A stretch of 63,600 nucleotides of DNA, the filler included, from Octopus bimaculoides (Eukaryota), in assembly GCF_001194135.2 (NCBI RefSeq). It is 3 parts of 3 records of this genome, joined end to end, with 100 filler letters (N's around TTAATTAATTAA, not from the genome) between each part and the next. Parts side by side here need not be neighbours in the genome. Positions count along the whole stretch, not along the records: positions 30,247 to 62,060 come from NC_068985.1; 2 more parts are not named here. One strand, given 5' to 3'. The translations under genes and the position numbers were made by a program. Positions 39,524 through 51,361 of the stretch are shown in pieces; within the stretch, counting starts at the first letter, position 1; each line of letters begins with the position of its first letter. The notes beneath the pieces were generated by a model, which was not told where the DNA came from, searched no databases, and saw nothing but the letters and a program-made list of their open reading frames with translations.

Positions 39524-41917
39524 CACTAGGCAACAAATTTCAACTTTTTTTTTTGTTACAGATACAGGATAAATTGATACAGATACAGGATCTATTCCAT
39601 CATGGATCCACATACATAAATTAATGATTCCTACCAAAATTTTGATGCCAATTTCTGATCTGATATCGAGATTTCTCTATCATGTCCAGATTTTGTGTAA
39701 CTGAAAATCCCTATTTTCATTTTTTTCTCACTTGGTTCTGTTACGAAAGTCGTCTGAGCTACTTTTCTGTGCAGCTTAAATACTTAGTATACAGGGATGT
39801 CTTTCCTCCTTTATTCTGGCTAAAGACAGACAGCGGAATTCCGCTGGCGGAGTTACCACACCCTGCACCCAACCATTCACCTAAAGCGCATTAATATTTT
39901 GCTGTTACAACCGAAGGGCAACTTCCTGTTCTTAAGTGTAACTTTGGTGTTTCTTCTTCCTTTGTCACTTGTAAGATGACGAGCTCTCCTTCTACAGGAA
40001 CCAACGATAATCTCCCATCATATTTGGATGAAATTACCCTGGTATATGTTTTCTATAACTGAGATTTGTTGGTGGAAGCACACACAGCTCCAAGGCTGAC
40101 CGGGAAGAAGTCAAGATGAGAATGTAAAAGATGCATTTTCAAAGACATTCTGCATCCCATTTTCATAAGATTTAAGCATGTTTTTAACGAGTTCACGGTT
40201 GTTTTCAGCTTTGTGGTTTCCAAGAAAATTTTTGGCAGCTTCAACAAAAGCTGTCCATACTCCTATTCCATTCTCATTTACTTTAAATGGAAACGATGAG
40301 TCGTGGATGACACTGCAGATCTATGGTCTGGTGAAAAAACTCCAGCTTCTAGCTCAGCATCTGTCAATATTCCATTGAATTTATCCTTTAAATATTGGAA
40401 ACCACTACCTTGATGATCCATACTCTTCACAAAAATTTTCATAAGGCCAAGTTTAATGTGAAAAAGGCACAACTTTAGGGTCACCACAAATATTACATAA
40501 GTGGTCCTCGTATTTGATGAGTCTTAGCAACAGTTCCATTGATTTAAAAGTCTCATTAAGGCCAGTAGCATGTACTACAGGTATTGAAGGTTTTTCATTG
40601 CCATCGTGCAATAATACAGCTTGAAGGTTAGCTTTACTAGAGTCAATGAACAGTCTCCATTTTTTTAGATCATAGTGAAAACTAATCCTTTCCATCAGGT
40701 CACTGAAATCGTGGCAGAAACAAACGCTTTCCTCCTGTGAGTAAAATGATGAAAACTGCAAATGGCGATGGGAAACTTTGGAAACTTTGGTGTTTGGCTG
40801 GAGAAAACTCCATTCTTGAAGTCTGGAACCAATCAATCTTTGCCTTTTCTTTTGGTAATTCCAAATCGCTCGCTAAGTCATTTAACTCCGCTTGACTTAA
40901 CAAATATGGGGAAATAGTTGCATCTGGAAAGTACATGCCGTCTTTCCCTATTTCTATATCACTATCAGAATCTTCAGATGAACTGTTGTCTGTTATCGTT
41001 GCTGATGGAACTGGTGGCGGATTTATTTCATCATGTAGAACTGAGTTTTTGCTGATTCACAGTTTGGGTACATAGTTTCTGATTTGTTTTCTCTTTGTGA
41101 AAACAGCAATCTTTGTGAAACATAAATAACAATCACTGAAGTGATTTTCCGGCTCACGCCAAACCATGGTGACTAAGAACAGCATAGCTTTTCTTTTACA
41201 ATTCATCCAATCTATTAACATTGCATTGCACTGTGCACAGAAAATATGTGGTGCCCAGTCCCTCTCTTGGTCTCCTGACTTACAGTCAAAATTAATACTT
41301 GTAGGCAGGTTTAATTTTTTTGTTATGTTTCTACGTTGTAGCTTAGACAACGTTCTGGCTTAGGTATTTAGCAGAAGTTGTTTGCGGGATTTACAAGCAC
41401 GTCTATTTGACTGCATTTTAATTACCATACAATATCTGGAAAAAATGTAGGAAGTAATAATTACGATGTACAAAATAAGATGAAATACACACCTTAGTAC
41501 AAAACAAATACTATAAAAACACACAAATTACTACAGCCTGTTACTTGCTTACCAGCTGAGAGCTTCGACAACCGCTCTACTTGACTGTCACATAGGGACT
41601 GACCGTTGAGCTATAACTATGCTCTTGACTCAGTGTTGCCAGCTTGGGATAAATTTTATTGCTCAAAATCGTTAGAAGTTGTATGTAGTTAGCAAATAAA
41701 AATTGCTTTAACCTTGAAAATTAAGTTTCAGATAACTGGCATTAAGCCTATTAAAACCCATATCTGGACGTGGTAGGAAATTTTCCTAAGTGATTTACAT
41801 TTTACACAAAATCTAGACGTGATAGATAAAATCTAATTATAGATTTGAAATCAGCATACAGAAATTAGCTAGAAACACCTATTTGGTCTTCTGTAACTAA
41901 ATTGTTGTTGACTAGTG
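39524..41917 (-). mobile_element. Full-length decayed Chapaev3-like (CMC superfamily) DNA transposon, 2394 bp
   Basis: TIRs CACTAGGCAACAA (39524) and reverse-complement CACTAGTCAACAA (ending 41917); flanks TTA / TCA (3-bp TWA-like TSD, one mismatch). Frameshifted transposase with GDQERDWAPHIFC, MVWREPENHFSDCYLC, LFIDSSKANLQAVLLHDGN, LFHIKLGLMKIFVK and MSLKMHLLHSHLDFFP. Family assignment is from recalled motifs. Confidence 0.8.
39700..41416 (-). pseudogene. Transposase pseudogene of the Chapaev3-like element
   Basis: Putative ATG at 41416; ORF pieces 41057-41350, 40700-40936, 40453-40836, 40278-40487 and 40053-40247 continue one protein across frameshifts. Confidence 0.8.
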
Positions 41918-41929
41918 TCATAATCTTTG

Positions 41930-43560
41930 TTCTGTATTGTTGCTGGTAGAAAAAGGGCAGTGGATTTCGTCGGTGTTGTTTTAAGTTGTTGAACCGGAAT
42001 TGTAAGCTATCTTTGTAAGGCTGGAGTATTTTACAGCAGTAGCTGGAGAATGATGTTGGTGTATTGTGTTTTAGCTTGTTTTTATGAGGTTCCCTATTTC
42101 CAGCTTGTAATTGGTTTATATTATATTGCTTTGAATACGTTCTTTGAGATGTGTCTATAACTATTTTATAGAATTTCTATACTGTCTCTGATGGTGAAAA
42201 CCTCGATTCTGTTTCTCAGTGGAACTCGTTTCCTTGTGATATTTTGTAACGGCGTTTTTACTGTCTTCATTCGTGTATGAGTATGTTTTGATGATAAGTT
42301 GAAAGTCTCTAGATTCTGGAAATTTGACAGATCTGTTACGAGTAGCTGAAGATGTGCAATGATTCCTTCAGACACTAAGTGATTAACATATATATCTGTA
42401 ATTTTGTCTGAATGTGAGGTTTTGGGTTTCCTTATCTAATTTTAGTGTCTGGTGGAAGAAAGGAGTCAAAAACATAATATATGTGAAAGGTGTATATTTT
42501 TTGTTTTGAGTTCCAGTGGCTGTAAAAGCTAGATGTGTGAAAAAGAAAGTCACTTCTAGGGAGAGCTGGCTATCGTGATATCTCATGTATTATTTTTACT
42601 ATTTAGCATTCGAAAACCTGGAAGTGTTCAATGCAGTATGGTGTCTTGGAAAAGTGATACATTGCTGTATTTGGGCTGTGTAGCAAGTATATAATAGAGT
42701 AAATAATAGACATGTGCAAATTGGTTTAGTGCTTATGAAACGGAATTCAAAAACAATATTCTAGCAATCCATTATTGAACAAACCTATAATCTACAAACC
42801 CTACTCATAAACGGTAAAACAAGTACCAGAAATTCAAACTTATAATCACCAAGAATATGGAAATAATATTATTAATTCTAGAATATTTTGACAACTTAAC
42901 AACCCTCTAGAAGAATCAAGCATCTCTTCTTCAAGGTAAAATATCTTCCATAACCGAAATTCAAACATACTCAAAAGAACATGAGTTATAATCCAAAAAG
43001 TATTCTCATACAGAACCAGCCACAGTCTGAATCATAGAACAACAGAATTGCTACAGAAAACTAGGTAAAAGTGAAATTATCAATGATTAATGTGACACCA
43101 GCAAAATGGCAATCTTAGAAAATGATTTTTAGACATAGTCGACTGAATTCACGATACCAGGTAGTACAAAATGTGAAAAACTGAAGATAATCTATCATAG
43201 AAAAGCATTTTAACACAGTAAATACAAAAGGCCTGTAATTCAGTTCAACACCACAATACTCAAAGTTCAATAAAACATTGAACTATATCCCGTACTTCAG
43301 TAGAAAATTTTGTCTAACAGAAATATTTAACGGAGAAAACTGTGACGAATTTAGTTGTATGAAATAAAATCAGTTGTATCTCAAGAAATAATACAAACAA
43401 AGCGTTGAATAAGTTTTGTGATTCTGTAACCACCTTCCTACCACATCTTAAATCCAAATCCAACACCAGTAAAATGGAGTGAAAAATTATCCATCAACTC
43501 AAAAATAATAATGATATACTAGCAGTACTTGTGGAAATTCCAATGTAAATCAAGATATTT
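41930..43560. mobile_element. Very decayed Penelope-like remnants (minus ~41930-42720; possibly plus ~42720-43560)
   Basis: Weak by-eye similarity to PLE motifs (YV/IH..SNH-like and ETFN-like on minus; NNDI..ADK-like on plus); many stops. Confidence 0.35.
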
Positions 43561-44164
43561 GAAAACATTTTGTTATTATATTAAACATAATCAAAGAATT
43601 TGAAAAATTCTTCTGAAATCCTGCCTTTAATCAAAAATTTCTTACTAATACAGTTGAAATGAACTTAGAAGGTATTGCTTATTTTCCTTCTTTTAATATG
43701 TTTGACAGATATGCTGTGCTTTGTAGTTTAAGGAAATAAAAGTGAATTAAAATAATTAAATTTATTCGTGTATATATAAACCGCCACCAGCGAGATTATT
43801 TTCATTTCTTTTAATTTCAGTTCAGCTACATATCTACTTGCATATCTATTAATATATATCTCTATTTGCTGATATATCTGTAGACTCACCTACGTATTTA
43901 ACTTTCTTTCTACTCTCAAAATACCTATAAGTATTTAAACCAAATAACAAAAAAAAAAAAGAATGCACAAAGGCGATACCCCATCATGGCTACAACCCTC
44001 GTGCTGGAACATGTAAAAGATAAAAGTGTAATATTCACAGCTATTTGCTAACTAAGGTTATTGCACTATAATTGATAAATCTTCCTGATAGTGTTTCACT
44101 ATGTTAAAAATTTCGACTGTGCCTACAATTTGAACACACAAATGCAGAATAATACAAACGTTCT

Positions 44165-44196
<32 letters not shown>

Positions 44197-44829
44197 NNNN
44201 NNNNNNNNNNNNNNNNNNNNNNNNNNNNNNNNNNNNNNNNNNNNNNNNNNNNNNNNNNNNNNNNNNNNNNNNNNNNNNNNNNNNNNNNNNNNNNNNNNNN
44301 NNNNNNNNNNNNNNNNNNNNNNNNNNNNNNNNNNNNNNNNNNNNNNNNNNNNNNNNNNNNNNNNNNNNNNNNNNNNNNNNNNNNNNNNNNNNNNNNNNNN
44401 NNNNNNNNNNNNNNNNNNNNNNNNNNNNNNNNNNNNNNNNNNNNNNNNNNNNNNNNNNNNNNNNNNNNNNNNNNNNNNNNNNNNNNNNNNNNNNNNNNNN
44501 NNNNNNNNNNNNNNNNNNNNNNNNNNNNNNNNNNNNNNNNNNNNNNNNNNNNNNNNNNNNNNNNNNNNNNNNNNNNNNNCAGTCTATAATATAGAACATT
44601 TATAAATAGAATATTTATAAATATATATTTATAAATGTTTTATAAAAAATGTTTTTTTTTATCTCATTACGAAAAGTAAATCCTTATATTCACACGCTGA
44701 TATATGACCTACGTTGGACCCCTTATTCGCATAATCTACGAACCTGGAGCTTAACTATGGTCTATCCATAGCACTTACTCAGCATTACCTGAAACTTCTG
44801 GGTCTAATTGACACCACTATTGCTCATAA

Positions 44830-44869
<40 letters not shown>

Positions 44870-44914
44870 CATTCGAGTTATTACTTCTTTTGGCGTAAGC
44901 ATAACAGAATGCGG

Positions 44915-45097
44915 TGTTTATCTTAGTATGAGATCATAATGTAGCACACATAAGATTGTGACGCATGTTACTGGTGTACCCTTATGAGACGGGTAGTCAT
45001 GATGGGTATATTGGGTTTCGTATATTTGTACCCCAGTGTCACTCTAATGGTATTCGCTGCTCTCTCACTCAATAATGATGATGACGATGATGATGAT
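44915..45097 (+). mobile_element. 3' fragment of TAA-tailed non-coding repeat (family N); tail turned to (GAT)n
   Basis: Matches 49650-49810 (gtttatctt...gacgggtagtcatgatgggtata...ctctctcactcaataat). Confidence 0.8.
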
Positions 45098-45179
45098 AGG
45101 GGAGAGAAAGGGAGAGAGAAAGAGAAAGAGAAAGAGAAAGTGAGAAAGAGAAAGAGAGAAAGAGAAAGAGAACGAAGTC

Positions 45180-46500
45180 ACAGAACAAAGTCTTCTAGGT
45201 CAGAAAAATGAAATTATGAAAAAATAACAGTCTATCCTAGATGCAACCGAAAGAGATCGCTACAGCAGCGAAAGTTGAAGAACATGGCTACCTAGGAGAG
45301 GAAATTGAATAAGAAATAGCCGAAAGATCAATGAAGCATTTGGTAGAAACAAATACTGGTAAAGGTGAAAACAAATTTTATTTCATGTTAGGAAAAAATA
45401 TTACCGAAGAGGAAAGAAGCTTATTTTAACGTTTAAATGAGACACGAATTAGTGAATAGAACGAGATCACCGACTTTGAAAAAAATCGAAAGTGAATATC
45501 TGTTGTAAATCAGTGAAGAGGCTAGACAGCCATTAATAAAAATCAAAGTTGAGAATGTAACAGATGTAAATGATTTCATATATTGTGCAGCCTCTGGTAC
45601 TGTAGAAATTCTTGGGATTAAAAGTCAAGTAGAAAGAGGGGGGAAACCCATGGTAGAAAAGAAGATTTGAGAATCAAATTGGCTTAGTGAAGATCTTAGA
45701 AGGATAAATGCCATAACTGAAAACAAGACGTAGTGATGAGCTTCAAAAAATTGTAACTTGAAACACTGGAGTTAGATGCAGCTAAAGAAGAGATAAGACA
45801 AGAAAAATAAAGGAAGCAAATTCAGGTAGAAAAAATGTGCTAGATAGGAACAAATTATAAATCAGTGTCAGCAAAACGTGCTCTTCAGAAACAGTGAAAG
45901 GAGATTTATACCAACAGCTGAACAATGAGAATGAATCTCAGGAGGATGATATACCTTGAAGCAACAAGGAAATTTTCATCAAACATTTGAAGCTTGGACG
46001 TTCAACTCAACAACAGTAAAGAGGATTGGTTACTGGAGCTTAAAAATGAAATAGAAAACAGGTCAATACAAAGAACATAACGCTACAGAAGATAAAGTGA
46101 AAAAGATGCTTAAAAAGAAAAGTCAAGAATTGTACATTGGTAATGCGATACCAAGTGAAATACGAATATGAAGACACCAAGCTGTTAATTGGATACGCTA
46201 CAAGAAAGCATATGAAAACGTAGTACCTTGAAGATACTTGGGGTCAATGAGAAGATTAACAGTTTTTTTTAGAAAACACGGTAGGGAATTACTAAGAAAT
46301 ACGAAATATGGGTGGGGAATACTTCAGGGACCCCGCGCTCTCTCCATTATTTTTTGCGGTTGCGTTAATATCTCAGACAAACACACTGAAAAAAAATCCA
46401 GATTGCTTATGAGACCAGGTTGAAAATAAATCATCTGTTATATATATGGATGATCTCAAATTATGCACCAAAAATGAAAGATCTGAATTCCCCTATACAA
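45180..46500 (+). mobile_element. Heavily deleted R4/Dong-clade LINE remnant
   Basis: ND.IYCAA, PW.KRR-like and INHLL(Y)MDDLKLC (46425-46470) motifs with large deletions between them. Confidence 0.6.
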
Positions 46501-46509
46501 ACAGAAAGA

Positions 46510-46511
46510 AG

Positions 46512-46594
<83 letters not shown>

Positions 46595-47546
46595 TTTGAA
46601 TTCAGATAACTTTATTAAGCCTGATCTCTGCTATGAAGAAAGTGCTTCCTGGCCGTTTTGTTGTTGCTGTTGTGGTGACCCTTCTTGTCTTCACCGTTTG
46701 TTGTTAGGAGAGGATCTCCTTGAGTTTCATGGTTCGTCTCTAACAATGAGGACTGTGTTCTTATATTTGCCCACTCATGAGTTGTATCTGGCATCATCTT
46801 ATAAACAGCAACTTCCATGGTTTGTTCTTGTAGTTTTTATTGTTTGAGATATTCAGTAAGCCCTTATGTGTACACTACAAAATGCCTTTAAATATTTTTT
46901 TACTTCTAAGTGTATAGCAGCTGGACCATCTTCCGTAGAAGTTAAATTTTAAGGCCTCTGTCTTACCACCCTCTACTGCACAGTTTTATAATTGCTTTAT
47001 AGTCTTGCAGGACTTGTGTGTCCATAGTGACCACTCTCGACCACAGATCACCGAAAGTTGCATCTGTACTGACCACCAACTCTTATTATGTTATGAAGAT
47101 GACTACTAGTCCGTAACGTGAACCTTGTGTTCCTCCTTTCCAGAAACTAGGGAACCAGCCTATGTATAATTTGGACTTGCGCTTCCGTTTCATCCTCCGT
47201 CTTAAAAGAGTCCTATAAGGTATAATGTATCCTCCCCCTTCCATTAAAAAGGATTTAACTTCGAATGTTTTCCAGGGCTATTTCCAAGTTTTCCTCGAAT
47301 GAAACGAGAAAAGCCCTCATAGCCTTGGTAAAGCACAGATAAGTTATCTTCCTTCTCTTGGACACCTTATTATATATTGTGGTAAACTGGCATGTCTTGT
47401 GGGAAAATTCTGTCAGCATTCATTTTTTCAGTGAAATGTTTCATATAGAGTGGCTATTTCATCTGAAAGGACTTTTGCGAACCAGAGCATTTCGTTTTCC
47501 ATATCTACATCTGGCGTAATATGTGCTTGTATACTGCTGCTTCTGC

Positions 47547-47640
<94 letters not shown>

Positions 47641-47910
47641 AATGGCGCCATTTCTATTCGATATATTTAAATTCTGTGTTAAAATGTTCGTATGTTACTT
47701 TTGTTTGTAGTCACTACTAATATTTCGAGTTGCAATCAAATTAATTTTTCCTTGGAAGGAAAAAATAAACTTTGTCCACAAACATAACACAAACCTTATT
47801 TTATTTTTCTTTCTTTCTTTTTTCTTTTTTTTTTTTGTCAACCCCTGTAAGAGCAGACTCCAAACTTTATATAGTTACCTGAATACAAGTAATTTTGGCA
47901 ACTACTACTA

Positions 47911-47957
<47 letters not shown>

Positions 47958-47976
47958 ACTACTACTACTGCTGCTG

Positions 47977-48026
<50 letters not shown>

Positions 48027-48054
48027 GCTACTACTAATGATAATAATAATAATG

Positions 48055-48116
<62 letters not shown>

Positions 48117-48128
48117 CATCATAATAAT
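46510..48128. repeat. Trinucleotide microsatellites: (GTA)n 46510-46594, (TTG)n(ATG)n 47533-47642, compound (CTA/CTG/TAA/TTA) 47900-48128
   Basis: Directly visible; these produce the poly-V/L/M/T/Y/S/I ORFs in the track. Confidence 0.95.
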
Positions 48129-48494
48129 AGTCTCAATTGAGAAAGAAAACAAAGCCAGACATAGTCTTAATTGAGAAAGAAAACAAACTATGCTGGATCA
48201 TAGATATAGCATGCCCAGCTGACAACAAGGTATGCGATAAGGAAGAAAGAAAAGTCGAGAGATATGACAGGTTAACTTGGGAAGTTAAGTTGTGGTCGAT
48301 GAAAAAGGTAGCAGTAGTACCAATAATTGTCGGAGTCCTAGGAATAGTGAGCAAAAATCTCGAGAAGTACGTGGAACAAATAGGGGCTGTAATAAGGGTG
48401 GAGCACATGAAGAAAACAGCACTACTTGAAACCGCTCGAATATTCCAAAAGGTACTCGAGAAATAAGAGGTGTTACCTTAGTTCACTGGTAGTG
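48127..48494 (+). mobile_element. 5'-truncated R4/Dong copy (endonuclease domain only), additional subfamily
   Basis: KPDIVLIEKENKLCWIIDIACPADNKVCDKEERKVERYDRL...VVPIIVGVLG...LLETARIFQKVLEK* (48137-48466). Confidence 0.88.
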
Positions 48495-48930
48495 AATGAT
48501 CCAGTGCGGTCACCTGACCAGACATAGAAAACCAGACATTGTTGTGGTGAATAAAAAAGGAAGAACACGTATGATAATCGACATAGTATGTCCCCGTGAC
48601 AACAGGATCAATGTGAAAGAAGAAAAAAAATAAACAACTGTGACGATTTAAAGTAGGAAATAGAAAGGTTGAGGTCAATGAAGAGAGTAGACGTGATACC
48701 AAAAGTAATTGGTGCATTTGGAAATACCAGCACTCAACTACCAGCATGGCTGAAAAAGATCGGTGCAAATGTGAAGGTAGAACACCTACAAAAATCAGCA
48801 TTACTTGGAACTGCAAGAATTCTTCGCAGAGTTCTTGAAGCATGACCAGTAAACAAGTGTCACCTTAGTTTGCTGGCTGTGGACAGCTGACACTTTCCAT
48901 AATACCCACCAAAATAAGCTGTAAGTTTTC

Positions 48931-48990
<60 letters not shown>
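48495..48990 (+). mobile_element. 5'-truncated R4/Dong subfamily 1 copy with (TAA)n tail
   Basis: Aligns to ~23540-23960, including the 3' UTR ...ctgtggacagctgacactttccat; (TAA)n at 48933-48990. Confidence 0.88.
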
Positions 48991-48991
<1 letters not shown>

Positions 48992-49209
48992 CCTTTCTAC
49001 TGGAGTCACAAGGCCTCAATCAAATTTGTGGTGAGCGGACTAGTCGATTACATCGACCCCAGTATTTCACTGGAACTTAATTTATCGTCACCGAAAGGGT
49101 GAAAGGCAAAGTCGACCTCGGCAGAATTTGATCTCAGAACATAAAGACGGACGAAATACCGCTAAGTATTTCGCCCGGCGTGCTAACGAGCCTGCTAGCT
49201 CGCCGCCTT
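48991..49209 (-). mobile_element. tRNA-SINE family A, full length
   Basis: Minus strand runs from head AAGGCGGCGAGCTAGCAG through the B-box-like GATCAAATTCTGCC and the conserved domain to 3' ...gtagaaagga followed by (TTA)n. Confidence 0.85.
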
Positions 49210-49244
49210 ACTGCTGCTGCTGCTTCTACTGCCACTACTACTAC

Positions 49245-49278
<34 letters not shown>

Positions 49279-49279
<1 letters not shown>

Positions 49280-49803
49280 GCTCTCATGATCTTAATTGAT
49301 TGGAAGTGTTATCATGCACGTTGTTTTGTATTGGTATAAAAGTTGGGCTACAGCAAATATTCTGCTTAATACCACAGATTTGCTTGTCAGTTGTTTGACC
49401 TTAACCAGTTGGGCATGTCCCTTGGTGGCTGATGATATGTTCATCTCTGATCACGAGCAGAAGTAGTGGGGGGAGCATCATAGCCATGTGTTGAGAGGAG
49501 TTCTTTGGAGCTTGAATAATTCACCTTTGGAAACATGGGTGTTTTGCTCAACATCCTTAAACAAACCTTATTCAGGGACCTTTTGAGCGGGATGGGTTAC
49601 TCGACCTCAAAAAAATTTTAACTGGGCCCCACCTGCAAGGTCATGCGCTGTTTATCTTGATATAAGATCACCATGTCGTGCACATATGGTTGTGATGCAT
49701 GTGCCTGGTGTACCTTTATCAGACGGGTAGTCATGATGGGTATATTGGGCTTTGTATATTTTACCCCAGTGTCACTTTGATGGCATGCACTGCTCTCTCA
49801 CTC

Positions 49804-49859
<56 letters not shown>
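49279..49859 (+). mobile_element. Longest copy of TAA-tailed non-coding repeat (family N), flanked by (TAA)n on both sides
   Basis: About 525 bp unique part without an ORF; 3' half repeated at 26298-26520 and 44915-45097. Confidence 0.8.
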
Positions 49860-49860
<1 letters not shown>

Positions 49861-50149
49861 CGTTTCTTTATTAGCCACGAGGAACAATATAAGTAGTATA
49901 AAATCATTGATACAAAAGGATTGCAAGCATGTGTACTTGTACTTTTATATAATAAACGGAGTTATTATATTGGACACGTAATGTAATATACTAGAACACG
50001 TAATTGGACACGTAATGTAATATACTAAAACAAAACAAATAAGAGCAACTTGTCTAAGATGCCACGCTGTGGGATCAGACCAAACGAATTCTATATCCAT
50101 TCGGCCATGCTTCTTCCGCTGAAACACCTATTTTAAAAGTGTTGACAAC

Positions 50150-50242
<93 letters not shown>

Positions 50243-51291
50243 GAACCATGATAAAACGATGGCAAGAAAAGCCCCTACATGGTAAATACTGGGCTAAACT
50301 AAATGCGAAANNNNNNNNNNNNNNNNNNNNNNNNNNNNNNNNNNNNNNNNNNNNNNNNNNNNNNNNNNNNNNNNNNNNNNNNNNNNNNNNNNNNNNNNNN
50401 NNNNNNNNNNNNNNNNNNNNNNNNNNNNNNNNNNNNNNNNNNNNNNNNNNNNNNNNNNNNNNNNNNNNNNNNNNNNNNNNNNNNNNNNNNNNNNNNNNNN
50501 NNNNNNNNNNNNNNNNNNNNNNNNNNNNNNNNNNNNNNNNNNNNNNNNNNNNNNNNNNNNNNNNNNNNNNNNNNNNNNNNNNNNNNNNNNNNNNNNNNNN
50601 NNNNNNNNNNNNNNNNNNNNNNNNNNNNNNNNNNNNNNNNNNNNNNNNNNNNNNNNNNNNNNNNNNNNNNNNNNNNNNNNNNNNNNNNNNNNNNNNNNNN
50701 NNNNNNNNNNNNNNNNNNNNNNNNNNNNNNNNNNNNNNNNNNNNNNNNNNNNNNNNNNNNNNNNNNNNNNNNNNNNNNNNNNNNNNNNNNNNNNNNNNNN
50801 NNNNNNNNNNNNNNNNNNNNNNNNNNNNNNNNNNNNNNNNNNNNNNNNNNNNNNNNNNNNNNNNNNNNNNNNNNNNNNNNNNNNNNNNNNNNNNNNNNNN
50901 NNNNNNNNNNNNNNNNNNNNNNNNNNNNNNNNNNNNNNNNNNNNNNNNNNNNNNNNNNNNNNNNNNNNNNNNNNNTCAAAATACAAAGACCTGGAAATAG
51001 AGATAACTCGAATGTGGAATCTAAAAACAGAAACAATTCCTATCATAGTAGGTGCCTTAGGTATAATAAAAAAATATTCAGACAAATACATAACAAAAAC
51101 ACCAGGACTTACAAATATATATAACATACAGAAAATTGCAATACTGGGTACTGCACACATTCTACGCAAAACACTTTCAATACAGTAAACATAAGAGCAC
51201 CACAGCAAACCACAGTACATACCCAAGGCGCACAGAGCTGCGCTCGGTAGTGAAGTGAAAGCACGTTATAAAACTAAAACTACTGAACAAC

Positions 51292-51360
<69 letters not shown>
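50243..51360 (+). mobile_element. 5'-truncated R4/Dong subfamily 3 copy inside a (TAA)n tract, gap inside
   Basis: Highly similar to 29275-29330 and 29835-30146; (TAA)n at 50152-50242 and 51288-51360. Confidence 0.9.

Positions 51361-51361
<1 letters not shown>

Noticed and set aside
43795-43830. Strong splice-acceptor-like tract tttcatttcttttaatttcag
   Set aside because: No open exon and donor follow, and a similar string occurs at ~55230 in repeat-like context.
46446-48152. Poly-V, poly-L/M, poly-T/A/Y and poly-I/S ORFs
   Set aside because: Trinucleotide microsatellites read in frame.
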